Below, in pieces: positions 14,652-27,801 of a stretch of DNA of 64,000 nt. Both the position numbers and the translations under genes were made by a program. The notes under the pieces were generated by a model, which was not told the origin of the DNA, did no database searches, and saw nothing but the letters and a program-made list of their open reading frames with translations. The DNA is from the human T2T-CHM13v2.0 reference genome, Homo sapiens, in assembly GCF_009914755.1 (NCBI RefSeq), contig NC_060929.1; one strand, 5' to 3'. Within the stretch, counting starts at the first letter, position 1. Every line of letters begins with the position of its first letter.

Positions 14652-15111
14652 CTATTGGGAACAAATTAAAGACCCCTAGTTACTATGAAAATATAATGGG
14701 TCAAGTGATACCAAATAATTCTGAACAAATATACTGAAATAATTCCTGTTAGTCTTGAGCTCTTTCTTGTGATAAAATATATATGGCATTACATAATATT
14801 TATCATTTTAACTCTTTTAAGTATACAGTGCAGTGGCATTAATTTCATAGTCTTGTGCAGCCATCATGGCTATTTTTCCTTGCTTTGAAGGGAATGCAGG
14901 CAGGGCAGATACTTTTGTAACTCATTTAGGCTGACAGGAGTTTAGTGTAGTCCTGAAGTTATGGTCTGAGAGTCTTCTTCCAGGACACTTTCATTTTCTC
15001 AAACAGAAACCCTGTACCCATTAAAGAGTAACTCCCATTTTCCTCTCCATCTCATCCCCTGGTAACATCCATTTTCTGTCTCTATGAATTTGCCTCTTCT
15101 CGGTATCTTAT

Positions 15112-15475
15112 TGCTATAGTTTGTCTGTTTGTGTCCCTCCAAAGTTCATGTTGAAATTTAATCCTCAATGCAATAGTATTAAGAATTGGAACCTTTGTTT
15201 AGATCAAAAAAGCTCTTCTCTCATAAAGGGGATTAGTGGCCTTATAAAAGGGCTTGAGGGAAGAATTTCATCTCTTTTTGCCTTTTCTCCGTGTGGGGGT
15301 GCCGTAGGAAGTTGCCTTCTTTGAAACAGAGACCAAGCCCTCACCAGACACCAGATTTCCTAGTCCCTTCATCTTTGACTTTTCAGCCTCTGTAAGAGTG
15401 AGGAATAAATTTACATTATCTATCAATAATCCAGCCTAAAGTATTTCGTTATAGCAGAAGGAACAAACTAAGACA
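15112..15475 (+). mobile_element. MST (MSTD/MLT1A-like) solo LTR
   Basis: tgctatagtttg...aactaagaca; TSD cttat/ctcat. Confidence 0.85.
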
Positions 15476-15699
15476 CTCATGTAAGTGGAATCATACAATA
15501 TTTGTCCCTTTGTGTCTGGCTTATTTCATTTAGTGTAATTATTGCACTTAGCAAAATGTTTTCAGGGTTTATCCATATATTAGAATTTCATTCCTTTTTA
15601 TGGCTGGCTAATATTCCATTGTAGGCAGATACCACATATTGTTTCTTCATTCTTCTATTGATGGATATTGGAATCGACATTGGGATAGGCATTGGTACC

Positions 15700-16075
15700 T
15701 GATATGGTTTGGCTGTGTTCCCACCCAAGTCTCATCTGGAATTGTAGTTCCCATGATCCCCATGTGTTGTAGGAGTGACCCAGCAGGAAGTAACTGAATC
15801 ATGGGGGCAGTTTCCCTCATGCTATTCTTGTGATAGTGAATAAGTTCTCACAAGATCCAATGGTTTTATAAGGGGCTTTCCCCTTAGCTCAGCTCTCATT
15901 CTTCTTGCTGCCACCATGTGAAGAAGGACATGTTCGCTTCCTCTTTTGCCATGATTGTAAGTTTCCTGAGGTCTCCCCAGCCCTGTGGAACTGTGAGTCA
16001 ATTAAACATCTTTCCTTTTTAAATTACCCAGTCTCGGGTGTGTCTTTATTAGCGGCATGAGTACAGACTAATACA
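15700..16075 (+). mobile_element. THE1 (C/D-like) solo LTR
   Basis: tgatatggtttggctgtg...cagactaataca; TSD gtacc. Confidence 0.95.
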
Positions 16076-16763
16076 GTACCTTATAGATATTGTTAATAAT
16101 TTTGATATGAACATTGATATACATGTATTTGTTTTAGTCCCTGCTTATGGGTATATACAGAAATGTGGAATTTCTGGATCATATAGTAATTCTAATTTTA
16201 GCCTTTTGAGCACTGACAAACTGTTTTTCATGGTAGCTACTCCACTTTACATTTTTACCAGCAGTGCATGAGGGCTCCAATTTCTCAATATCTTTGCCAA
16301 CACTTGATATTTCCTATTTTTTGATAATAACCCTCTTAGTGGATGTTAATCTTGAGCTTTTGTTAAACCAAATAGATACTTTAAGTAATCACATACAAAT
16401 TTTTTATTTACTAATTTTATGTAAATTGTCACAAAGTTGCAATTTTGAATGATCTTAATTTGAATTGTCCCATTATTTTTATTTGTTTGGATAACTTCCT
16501 TGACTCTGAATAGGAAAGTTTCTTTACTTAAAAATGATGCCAAAGGCACATATAAACGATGTTTAACCCTTTGTGACAGCTTACATGGAAAAGCAGTGTT
16601 GTCTTAATACATAAAATAAAGGTAGCAATAAATTCATAACTACATGAAGAAAGGTGAAATAAGGTTTTAATTCAGGGCATTTCTGTTGTTTCTTGTTTAC
16701 GATGTTGTGTGTCTGTTAAGTAGGTTGAAATAGGATTTTATATAGCTGTCGGAACCTTTATCC

Positions 16764-16830
16764 TATATATATGTACACACACACACACACACACACACAC
16801 ACGACATATGCATTTCATATACACACACAT
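16764..16830. repeat. (TA)n(CA)n compound microsatellite
   Basis: Seen directly. Confidence 0.85.
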
Positions 16831-19067
16831 CTTTATACTGAGGAGGCTATTGCATTTAATATGGACAGATTAAATGAGATCCTGATCGGTATCAAGATCT
16901 GGGATACCCTGGTTGACTCTGGATTTCAGGATTTGTTTTTACTAAGGATTCACTGACATTCTGGACTGGGTTAACAGATAGGAGTAGGTCTACTTGCACA
17001 TTCTAATTATGGTTATTTCCTTTCCAAACCAGGACCTAAATGTGCCTCTTGATTTGATTAGAGTTTGTGTCTTTTAAAAGATCGTTCTGTGTTAAGTGTA
17101 TACTTCTGGTTGGTGGAAATGTGGAGACAGTATTGAGGGGAGAGCTCCACTCAGAGGAGAATGGGGCCTCCCATTTTGGGAAAAAAATCAATGAGTATTG
17201 AGTTTTGATTGAAGATGGCTACAAACCATCCTTTAGACACATTTTAAGGTTCAGTATTTCATTTTTTGCACTAAGCACCAACATTTTATCACCATATAAT
17301 TCTAGGTTTATATGGCTTTGGAGCTTCAACTTTGGGTTCATGTCTGAGATAAAAGTCCTTAAATTATTTATTTGCAGTTTTAAGATGAAATAACTTAGTT
17401 GTATTTTTTTCAGAATCAAGTTCAGCATGTTTATAGAACTATTATGTAGAAAAACTCTCTTTAAAAAGTATATATAAAAATGAAATAATTCTTCTTTAAG
17501 ATCTACAATGTTGATAGCATCTTCATAGAAGCCATACAATGTTTAGTTAAAAGTAAATGTGTTAATAAGATATCTCCAGAAAGAAGTTTTGCACCGCTAT
17601 TCAGTGCACTGCAAAATATAAATAAAATAAATGTTGTCTTAACTTACATTCCAAACTGCAAAGAATTTGGAATATCATCTAAAATACAACCCATAATGAC
17701 AGACTATATTGTGAGGAATAGCCAGTATTCTCATTGTACTGGGAAATGTATGTTAGCCTGGGTAGTTGTGGAAAGGAATGAATCATAGCTTCTCTTCCAA
17801 TGAATGAGTCATGGTTGGCTGACTGGAGGTGGGAGTTTCAAGTGCTCTTTCTTTGAGTGATGGAAGTAATTTTTCATCATTTTATATATTATTCAATATC
17901 TCTGTCACTATTTCTGTTGATAAATGATATGAAAAATGATCATTTATGATTGAAATCAATTGAGATATTTACAATTAATTCTTTTCTTCCATAGATCTGA
18001 AAGTGCTTTCCAAAAATCAATTAATTTGCACAATATACTACTATAAGGTTAGTCTTATTATTACCACTTTATGGACAAATTCAAAGCAAGAGAGGTTAAT
18101 TAACCCATCGTAGAGTCCAAAGGGCTGAAGTGGCAATGCAAAAATAGACTGAGTACCAACTTGAAGGCCAGGAACTCTGCTTTTAGCATGGATTTTAATT
18201 GATTTAGATCAGTTTCTCTAGCCTAAAAAGCACATACAATAATTCTGAATTATCATGCAGTGATATAGTGTGGATTAAATAATTAATATTCTGGAGCCCT
18301 TCATAAATGTGAATTATTATTATTCATTCTAGCCTTAGACCACTAAGTAGGCCAAGCTACCTTCCAGCACTGGTGACTAAAGTATAAATTAATTGGGTAA
18401 GTGAGAAATTCATCTCACACATTTCCCGCTGAGAGATAAGAGACTGCTCGTTTTGATTGGAAATCTATATATACAGTGGTGCATTTTACTCTGCTTCACT
18501 TAATGTATGTGTTTGCATCCAATTCCCTAATAAACTGGAAAATCATTTTACAGAGAGAGATGTCATGTTCAAAATACCAGTATAAAATGCTTATGCTTCT
18601 ATTAGAAATGATCATCTCTCTTTTTCTGGAGATGCACTTTAGGAATAATGTCATGTGGCTGGTGAAGTGGTTTGCTTTATTAATCTTTTACACACATGTT
18701 TAAAAACACTATTGAAAATAATATTTCTCCAAGGAAATATTCTGTGTTATCAAGCTTTGTGTGTATGTTTGGTGCTTTTTCAACAAACATACTTAAGGGA
18801 AATTACAAAACTGGAAATCCCGGGGTTATTTTATTGTAAGTTTTTTCCACTTAACCATTTGATTAGGAATGTTTTTGTTAGAGAGGCAAAACCCCCAAAT
18901 ACTTCATTTAAAGGAAGGAAGAAGTGGAGTTAAAAGATGTGAGGACTAAAACTAATTAGTTTTATGTCTTTTCAGAGGCCTGAGAAAGTCCATCCAAAGA
19001 ATTCCTAATATACTAATGGGTCGGTGATAAGAATAATTTTCAAGATTGTGTTGAGACAGGTTTTAAG

Positions 19068-19172
19068 TCATTCATTCAGCAAATACTTCTTTAAAAGCTT
19101 TTATATGGTAGGCACACTTCTAGGTGCTGAGTGAAAATAAGGAGGAGGACCCTGCCCTTTATCACTTACAGT
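19068..19172 (-). mobile_element. L2 3' end fragment
   Basis: tcattcattcagcaaatactt...taggcacacttctaggtgctg. Confidence 0.6.
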
Positions 19173-19677
19173 TGAGGAATTTCTCTTCTGCTCCCAGGTT
19201 GCTGAGTGTTTTTATCATGAAAGAGTGTTGGATTTTGCCAAGTGCCTTTTCAGAGATTATCTTTTTTTGCCCTTTACTTGTCAACGTGGTATATAACATT
19301 GATTGATTTTCATATGTTGAACACATCTTTGCTTTCCTTGAATAAATACTACTTGGTCATAGTGTATAATTATTTTCATGAGCCACTGGATTTGGTTTGC
19401 TTGTATTTTGTTGAAGATTTTTGTGCCTATATTCATGAAGTATGTTGAGTAGTTTTCTTATAATAACTTTGTCTGCTTTTCATATCAGTGTAATTTTGGC
19501 TTTGTAGAGTGAATTGCAATGTGTTAACTCCTTTTCTGTATTTTTTGGGGGAGGGGAAAGAATTTGTAAAGGATTGGTTATTGGTTAATTGTTTTTTAAG
19601 CATTTGGAAGAAATACCACTAACGACATCTGGTCCTAGGATTTTCTTTGTGGAAAGTTTTCTGATTACTAATTCATT

Positions 19678-19755
19678 TTCTTCTTGTTCTTTCTTCTTTC
19701 CTCCTCCTCCTCCTTCTCCTCCTCCTGCTCTTCTTCTTCCTCCTCCTCCTTCTTC
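19678..19755. repeat. (TCC)n/(TTC)n polypyrimidine tract next to an Alu tail
   Basis: Seen directly. Confidence 0.9.
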
Positions 19756-19991
19756 TTTTTTTTTTTTTTGGATAGAGTCTCGCTCTATCACTCTGTCACC
19801 AGGCTGGAGTGCAGTGGCAAAATCATAGCTCACTGTAGGCTCAACCATCCTCATACAATCTTCTCAACTCAGCCTTCTGCCTCCGAATAGCTAGTACTAC
19901 ATGCACATGTCACCATACCTGGTGATTTTTTTACCTATTTTTTTTTTTTTTTTTTTTTTTAGAGACAGGATCTCACTATGCTGCCCAGCCT
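19756..19991 (-). mobile_element. AluJ, 5'-truncated
   Basis: ggctggagtgcagtggcaaaatcatagctcactg; expanded central T tract. Confidence 0.85.
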
Positions 19992-20930
19992 TCCATTGCT
20001 TCTTGAGTAAGTTTTGGTAGTTTATATCATTTTAGATATTTATCCATTTCATCTAGGTTATCTAATTTGTTGGTAGGCAATTATTCAAATTATACCTTAA
20101 TAAATATTTTTATTTCTTTAAGGTCAGTTATGATGATCCCTTTTTTTTTGTTCCTGACTTTAGTAATTTGAAACTTTTCTTATTTCTTGGTCAATCATTC
20201 TAGAGGGTTGTAAATTTTAAAAAATCTTTTCCAAAAACCAAATCTTGCCTTTCTTATTGTTTCTCTATTCTCTACTGATTTCCTCTTTAATCTGTATTAC
20301 TTGTTCTTTATTTGGGCTTAGTTTGCCTTTCTTTTTATAGTTTCTTACAGTGGAAGATTTGGCTATTGATTAGAGACTTTTTTTTATTAATATAGGTGTT
20401 TGGAGCTATACATTTCCCTATATTCACTGCTTTATCTGCAAACCATACAGTATGTTATGTAGTGTTTTCATTTTCAACATTTCATTTTTAATTTCTCTTG
20501 TGACCTCTTTGACTCATTGGTTATTTAGGAGTGTATTGTTTAATTTCCTCAAATTTGTGGATTTCCTAAATTTCCTTCAGTTATTGATGTCTCATTTTAT
20601 GCTGTCAGAGAACATATGTTGTATAACTTTAATCATTTTAAATTTATTGAAGCTTGTCTATGACCTGCTATATTGTGTATTCTGGAGAATGTCTTGTGGG
20701 CACTTGATTCTTCTATTTTTGTGTGGAATGTTCTATAACTTCTGTTAAGTCTAGTTAGTATAAGTTCTGTTCAGATCTTTTATATTTTGATTGATCTTAT
20801 GTCTAGTTGTTCTATCCATTGTTGAAAGTAGTAATGGAAGTCTCCCACTGTTATTGTTGAATTATCTATTTCTTGCTTCAACTCTGTCATTTTTTTCTTC
20901 ATGTATTTGGAGCTCTGTTGTTAAGTGCAT

Positions 20931-21349
20931 TGTCTGAGTCCATTTTGTGTTGCTATAATGGAAGGCCTGAGACTGGGTAATTTACCAAAAAAAAAAAAAA
21001 AGTTTATTTGGTTCATGATTCTGCTGGCTAGAAGACTGGGCATCTGGTGAAAACCTCAGACTGCTTCCACAAATGGAAGAAAACAAAGACAAAGATGAGT
21101 TGGTGTGTGCAGGGATCACATGGTGAGAGAGGAAGCAGGAGAGAGCTGGAAGATGCCAGGCTTTTTTTAACAACCAGATCTGGGAGGAATGGTAGAGTGA
21201 GAACCTGCTCACTTCTAAGGGAGGAAATTTATCTATTCATGAGGGATCTGCCCCTACAATCCAAACACCTCCCATTTGGCACCACCTTCAACACTGGGGA
21301 TCAAATTTCAATATGAGATTCAGATAGAAGAAACATTCAAACAATAGCA
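20931..21349 (-). mobile_element. MSTB-like solo LTR
   Basis: tgtctgagtcc...aaacaatagca; TSD tgcat. Confidence 0.9.
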
Positions 21350-21579
21350 TGCATATATGTTTATAATTGCTATATCTTCTTGATTTATTGATGCATTTAT
21401 CATTATAACATGTCTCTTTTTGTCTCAGGCAACAATTTTGTGTTAAAAATGTATTTTGTATGATATTAATATAGCCACTATAGCTCTCTAACCTCCTTCA
21501 ATTATTGTTTGCATGGTATATTTTCTTCTATCTCCTTACTTTCAATATATTTGTGTCTATGAATCTAAAGTGTTATCTC

Positions 21580-23161
21580 TTTTTTTATTATTATTATACT
21601 TTAAGTTCTGGGGTACATCGGCACAACGTGCAGGTTTGTTACATAGGTATACATGTGCCATGTTGGTTTGCTGCACTTATCAATTCATTTATATTAGGTA
21701 TTTCTCCTAATGCTATCCCTCCCCCATCCTCCACCCCCTGAAAGACCACGGTGTGTGATGTTCCCCTCCCTGTGTCCATGTGTTCTCATTGTTCAATTCC
21801 CACTTATGAGTGAGAACACGCAATGTTTGGTTTTTCTCTTCTTGTGTTACTTTGCTGAGAATGATGGTTTCCAGTTTCATCCATGTCCCTGCAAAGGACA
21901 TGAACTCACCCTTTTTTATGGCTGCATAGTGTTCCATGGTGTATATGTGCCACATTTTCTTTATCCAGTCTATCATTGATGGGCATTTGGGCTGGTTCCA
22001 AGTCTTTACTATTGTGAACAGTGCTGCAAGAAACATATGTGTGCATGTGTCTTTGTAGTAGCATGATTTATAATCCTTTAGGTATATACCCAGTAATGGG
22101 ATTGCTGGGTCAAATGGTATTTCTAGTTCTAGATCCTTGAGGAGTCACCACACTGTCTTCCACGATGGTTGAACTAATTTACACTCCCATCAACAGTGTA
22201 AAAGTGTTCCTATTTCTCCACATCCTCTCCAGCATCTGTTGTTTCCTGACTTTTTATTGATCACCTTTCTAACTGGCGTCAGATGGTATCTCATTGTGGT
22301 TTTGATTTGCATTTCTCTGATGACCAGTGATGATGAGCATTTTTTCATAAGTTTATTGGCTGCATAAATGTCTTCTTTTGAGAAGTATCTGTTCATATCC
22401 TTCACCCACTTTTTGATGGGTTTGTTTTTTTCTTGTAAATTTGTTTAAGTTATTTGTAGATTCTGGATATTAGCCCTTTGTCAGATGGATAGATTGCAAA
22501 AATTTTCTCCCATTCTGTAGGTTGCTGTTCACTCTGCTGATAGTTTCTTTTGCTGTGCAGAAGCTCGTTAGTTTAATTAGATCCCATTTGTCTATTTTGG
22601 CTTTTGTTGCCATTGCATTTGGTGTTTTAGTCATGAAGTCTTTGCCCATGCCTATGTCCTGAATGGTATTGCCTAGGTTTTCTTCTATGGTTTTTATGGT
22701 TTTAGATCTAAGGTTTAAGTCTTTAATCCATCTTGAGTTAATTTTTGTATAAGGTGTAAGGAAGGGATCCAGTTTCAGCTTTCTACATATGACTAGGCAG
22801 TTTTCCCAACACCATTTTTTAAATAGGGAATCATTTCCCTATTTCTTGTTTTTGTTAGGTTTGCCAAAGATCAGATGGTTGTAGATGTGTGGTGTTATTT
22901 CTGAGGGCTCTGTTCTGTTCCATTGGTCTATATCTCTGTTTTGGTACCAGCACCATACTGTTTCAGTTACTGTAGCCTTATAGTATAGTTTGAAGTCAGG
23001 CAGAGTGATGCCTCCAGCTTTGTTTTTTTTTTTGCTTAGGATTGTCTTGGCTATATGACCTCTTTTTTGGTTCTATACGAAATTTAAAGTTTTTTTGTTT
23101 TCCAATTCTTTGAAGGAAGTCAGTGTTAGCTTGATGGGGATAGCATTGAATCTATAAATTA
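21580..23161 (-). mobile_element. L1PA (PA6/7-like), 5'-truncated
   Basis: 3'UTR plus ORF2 C-terminus (TWNQPKCPSMIDWIKKMWHIY; [15 protein letters not shown]); possible TSD tatytctt. Confidence 0.95.
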
Positions 23162-23765
23162 TAGATATTTCTTGTAGAAAATATCTGGGTGGATCATGTT
23201 TTTTTAAAAGCAGTTTATTCTGCTAGTTTCTTTCTTTTAATTGGATAATTTAATCCATTCATTTTTAATATAGTTACTGATAAGGTAGGATTTACATTTG
23301 CCATTTTGCTACTTTTTAAGAATATGTCTTATATCTGTTCCTCTATTCCTCCATTTCTGCCTTTTTTTGTGTCAAAAGTTGTTCTTTACTGAACCATTTT
23401 GATTTTCGTTTCTTTTACTATACTTTTTATTTTCTCAGCAATAACTGGGAATTACAATTAAAATCTTAATTTACTGTAATCTAGTCCATATTAATACCAA
23501 TTTAATCAAAATATATAAAAAAATTTCTTTCTGTGTGGCTACTTTCTCTCTCCTTCCTTTGTGCTGTTATTGTCAAACAAATTTCATCTTAATAAATTGT
23601 ATGCCCCCAGATTCAGATTAATAATCCTTGTTTTATGCTGTAAACTTTTAAATCATATGAGGTAAAAATAATTACAGACAGAAATACAATTATACTTTTA
23701 TATTTACTTATGTTGTTACCTTTACCAGTGCTTTTTATTTCTTTATGCAAATTTGTTAACTATAG

Positions 23766-23871
23766 AGTGTCCTTTCATTTCAGCCTGAATTCTCTTTTGT
23801 GTTTCTTACAGGTTCAACAGTGTCCTTTCATTTCAGCCTGAAGAACACCCTTTTGTATTTCTTATAGGTCA
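23766..23871. repeat. About 53-bp diverged tandem duplication inside L1M
   Basis: agtgtcctttcatttcagcctgaa at 23766 and 23819. Confidence 0.85.
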
Positions 23872-24740
23872 GGTCTGCTAGAAACAGATTCTCTCAGATA
23901 TTGTCTATCTGCAAACATCTTAATTTCTCCTTAATTTTTCAATTAGTTTTAGTGGATGTAGAATTTTTGGTTGATAGTCTTTCTTTCTGCACTTCAAATA
24001 TATCATCCTACTGCTTTTTTGCCTCCATGGTTTCTGATGAGAAATTGACTGTTAACTTTTTGAAGATCCCTGTATGTGAAGATTCACTTCTCTGTTGGTG
24101 ATTTCAATTTTTTTTTTGTTTTTTTTGTCTTTGACTTTCAATATGTGTCTAAGATGTGAATCTCTTTGAATTTATCCTGCTTGGGTTTTGTGGAGGTTCT
24201 TGGATAAATGTTAAGATTTATGCTTTTCATCAAATTTGGGAATGTTTGTGAATTTTTTGAACATTTTTCTGCCTGTTGTTTCTCCTTTCCTTCAAAGATT
24301 CCCATTAAGTGTATGTTAGTATGCTTGATCATGTCCCACAGATCTCTGAGGCTCTGTTCATTTTTATTCATTTAAAAAAATTCTGGCCGTTGTATTGAAT
24401 AATATTAATTGACCTGTCTTTAAGTTCACAGATTCTTTCTTCTGTCTGTTCAGAGCTAGTGCTGAGTAGTATTTAAAATAGCTGATATAATATATTTTTC
24501 AAGTTAGTCCAGCGTTTTGGCTTTCTCAGGGATAGTTTCAATTGGCCACTTCTCCCTGCATATCCCCCATGGTATATGTACTATGCTCTCTTGCTTCTTT
24601 GCATGGCTTATAATTTTCTGTTGAAAACTAGACATCTAAAATAATATAATGTAGTGACTCAAAAATCAGATTCTCTCCAGGATTTATTGTTGGTTTTGTT
24701 GCTTATTTGTTTAATGACTTTTCTTAGTGAATTCTGTAAA

Positions 24741-25919
24741 GATAAATAAAAGGCATCCAAATTGGAAAATAGGAAGTCAAATTATCCCTGTTTGCTGATG
24801 ATATAATCTTATACCTAGAAAAACTTAAAGACTCTACTAAAAAACTCTTATTTGATAAATGAATTTAATAAAGTTGTAGGCTACAAAATCAACATTCAAA
24901 AATCAGTTCGATTTCTATACAGCAATGATGATCAAGCTGAAAATCAAATCAAGAATGCAATCTCATGTACAATAGCTACAAGTAAATTTAAAATTTCTAC
25001 AGATATATTTAACCAAGGAGGTGAATGCTCTCTATAAAGAAAACTATAAAACATGATGAAAAATATCATAGATGACACAAACAAATGGAAAAACATCCCA
25101 TGCTCATGAACCAGCGTATTAATACCATTAAAATGACCATACTGCCCAAAGCAATCTACAGATTCAATGCAATTACTATCAAAATACTTCAGATACGTCA
25201 AGAAATGTCATTTTTTCACAGAATTAGCCAAACAATTTTTAAATTCATATGGAAGCCAAAAGGAACCTGAGTAGCCAAAGCAATCCTAAGCAAAAAGAAC
25301 ATAGCTGGAGCCATTACATATCCTGAGTTTAAATTATACTATAAGGTTATAGTAATCAAAATAGCATGGTACTGGTATAAAAATTAACACATAGGTTGGT
25401 GGAAGAGAATAGAGTGCCTGTAACATAGCCACATATTTAAAGTGAACTGATCTTTGACAGAGCCAATGAGAACATACCCTGAGGTAAGGAAATACTTGTC
25501 AATAAATGGTGCTGGGAAAATTGAAGGTGGATTCTTATCTGTCACAATTTACAAAATTCCTCCTAAAACTGTTCCAAAACATTGAGGAGAAGAAATTCTC
25601 TCTAACTCATTCTTTGAAGCCAGTATTACCCTGATGTCAAAACCTGGCAAAGGCACAACAAAAAAAGAAAACTGTAAACCAGTATTCCTTATGAACATAG
25701 ATGCAAAATTCCTCAGCAAATACTAGCAACCATATCCAACAGCACATCAAAAAGATAATACACTGTGATCAAGTTGAGTGCTACACCCAGAATGCAAAGA
25801 TGGTTCAACATATGCAGATCAATAAATGTTATGCAAATCAATAAATGTTATACATCACATAAACAGAATTAAGGACATAATTATATGAGCATCTCAATAA
25901 ACACAGGAAAAGCATTTGA
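24741..25919 (+). mobile_element. L1MA-like ORF2 fragments in permuted order
   Basis: RT LFADD-region piece (24741-25555) precedes the normally upstream piece ending in the EKAFD motif (25556-25919). Confidence 0.8.
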
Positions 25920-26346
25920 GTGGCCTAGTAATCAACTTTCTGATTTCTTTATCTGGCAATTCAGAGATCTTCTTCATTTGGATTCATTGCTGGAGAACCA
26001 GTGTTACCTTCTGGGGTTGTTATAGAATCTTGTTTTGTCATATTACCAGAATTACTTTTTTAGTTTCTTCTTATTTGGGTAGCCCATTTCAGTGCAAAGG
26101 TCTGGAACTGAAGGGCTCCTATTCAGATACTTTTGTCCTATGGGGCGATCGCTTGGTGTGGTGCTCTCCCCTCTTCTCCTATGTATGGGACTTCTTGAGA
26201 GGCAGACTGCAGTGATTGTTATTGCCCTTCTGGGTCCAGCCATCCAGTGGGGCTACCAGGCTCTGTGATGGTGCTGGGGAACATCTACAAAGAGTCCTGT
26301 GATGTGATCTGTCTTCAGGTCTCCCAGCTGTGGATACCAGCACCTG
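25920..26346 (-). mobile_element. L1 5'UTR/ORF1-start fragment (L1PB/MA-type)
   Basis: Reverse complement resembles the L1PB 5' region at 39300-39720 of this window (ggtatcc...cctgaaga, aataacaatcact, tctgaattgccaga). Confidence 0.75.
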
Positions 26347-26350
26347 GCTC

Positions 26351-26723
26351 GGTAATTTATAAATAAAGGAGGTGTAATTAGCTCATGCTTCTGCAGGCTG
26401 CACAAATATGGCATCAACATCTGCTTGGCTTCTGTTAAGGACCTCAGGAAACTTACAATCAAGGCAGAAGGCAAAGGAGGAGCAGGTATCTCATATGGTG
26501 AGAGTAGAAGCAAGGTGGTGGGGAGGTGCCAGGTACTTTTAAACAATCAGATCTTGTGTGGATTCAGAGTGAGAACTCAACTTATCACTAAGGGTATGGT
26601 GTTAAACCATTCATGAGAGATCCACCCCCATGATTCAATTACTTACCACTAGGGCCCACTTCCAACACTGGGAATCACATTTCAACATGAAATTTGGAGG
26701 GGACAAACATTCAAACCATATCA
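26351..26723 (-). mobile_element. MSTA/B LTR missing one terminus
   Basis: ggtaatttataaa...cattcaaaccatatca. Confidence 0.85.
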
Positions 26724-27549
26724 GACATGAACAGACATTTTTTAAAAAAAGGCATAGAAGTGGCCATAAGGTATATGAAAAAATGCTCAACATCAGTAAT
26801 CATCAGAAAAATGCAAATTAAAATTACAATGAGAGCTTATCTTACCCTAGTAAGAATGGCTATTATTAAAAAGACAAAAACAAAACAAAACAAACATATC
26901 AGTGAGGATACAGAGAAAAGAGAACTCTTATACACTGTTGGTGGGAATGTGAATTAGTACAGCCTCTACGGAAAAAAGTATAGATATTTCTTAAAGAATT
27001 AAAAATAGAACTACCATTTGATCTAGCAAACCCACTACTGGGTATCTACCCAAAGGTAAAGAAATCAATATATCAAAAAGATAACTGCACTTGTATGTTT
27101 ACCAACACTATACTCAATAGCAAAGATATGGAATACACCTTGGTGTCCATCAGTGGATGACCAGATAAAGAAAATGTGGTATGTATACAGAATGGAATAC
27201 AATTCAGCCATAAAAAAGAATAAAGTCATGTATTTTGCAGCAACATGGATGGAATTGGAGATCATTATCTTAAGTGAATCAAGGCAGACATAGGAAGTCA
27301 AATATTGCTTGTTCTCACTGATAAAGGAGTGCTAAACAATGTGCACACATGGATGTAGAGAGTGGAACAATGAACAGTGGAGACTTGGAAGGGTGTGGGA
27401 GTGGGAGGGGATGAATGGTGAAAAATTACTTAATCGGTACAATGTGCATTTTTTTTGAGTGATGGATACTCTAAAACCCTTGATTTGACTCTAATGTTCT
27501 ATGCATGCAACAAAATTGCACTTGTACCTCATAGATTTATATAAAAAAA
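26724..27549 (+). mobile_element. L1MA 3' end
   Basis: MNRHF...KKCSTS..IRKMQIK ORF2 C-terminus, 3'UTR and short A tail. Confidence 0.9.
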
Positions 27550-27554
27550 GTTTT

Positions 27555-27801
27555 CTTGTCCCAGTTTGAAGTTTGTCAGGCTAGGAAGAATTCTCCCATA
27601 CTCAGGGGAGGGTATACCTTTTTGTTCTATTCAGGCCTTCAACTGATTGGTTGAGTGCTACCCACTTTTGGATTTCTTCACTCAGTCTATCAGTGTTAAT
27701 CTCATCCAAAACAACCTTAGAGAAACACCTAAAATAATGTTTGAACCAACATCTGGGTTCCCCTTGGCCTAGTCAAGTTGACATACAAAATCAACCATCA
27801 C
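27555..27801 (-). mobile_element. MLT2 (ERVL) LTR fragment
   Basis: ttctattcaggccttcaactgattgg...cctagtcaagttgacatacaaaatcaaccatcaca. Confidence 0.85.

Larger units (their letters stand above)
14765..16348 (-). mobile_element. L1MB-like 3' portion hosting three insertions
   Basis: gtatacagtgcagtggcatt, aaacagaaaccctgtacccattaa, gtggaatcatacaatatttgtcc motifs. Confidence 0.85.
19173..24740 (-). mobile_element. Old L1M (ORF2 and ORF1 remnants) with nested Alu, MST and L1PA
   Basis: Minus ORF 24138-24371 NEQSLRDLWDMIKHTNIHLMGI (ORF1p-like); KKILGPDVVSG (ORF2 Z-domain-like). Confidence 0.85.

Noticed and set aside
17219-17539. 106-aa minus-strand ORF in unique DNA
   Set aside because: AT-rich composition typical of chance ORFs; no motif.
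18950-19030. Acceptor-like tttatgtcttttcag with an upstream ctaat
   Set aside because: No good downstream donor (cg/gtgata is weak) and no sustained reading frame.
19585-19890. Poly-Pro/Ser/Gly ORFs
   Set aside because: Artefacts of the (TCC)n/(TTC)n tract and adjacent Alu.
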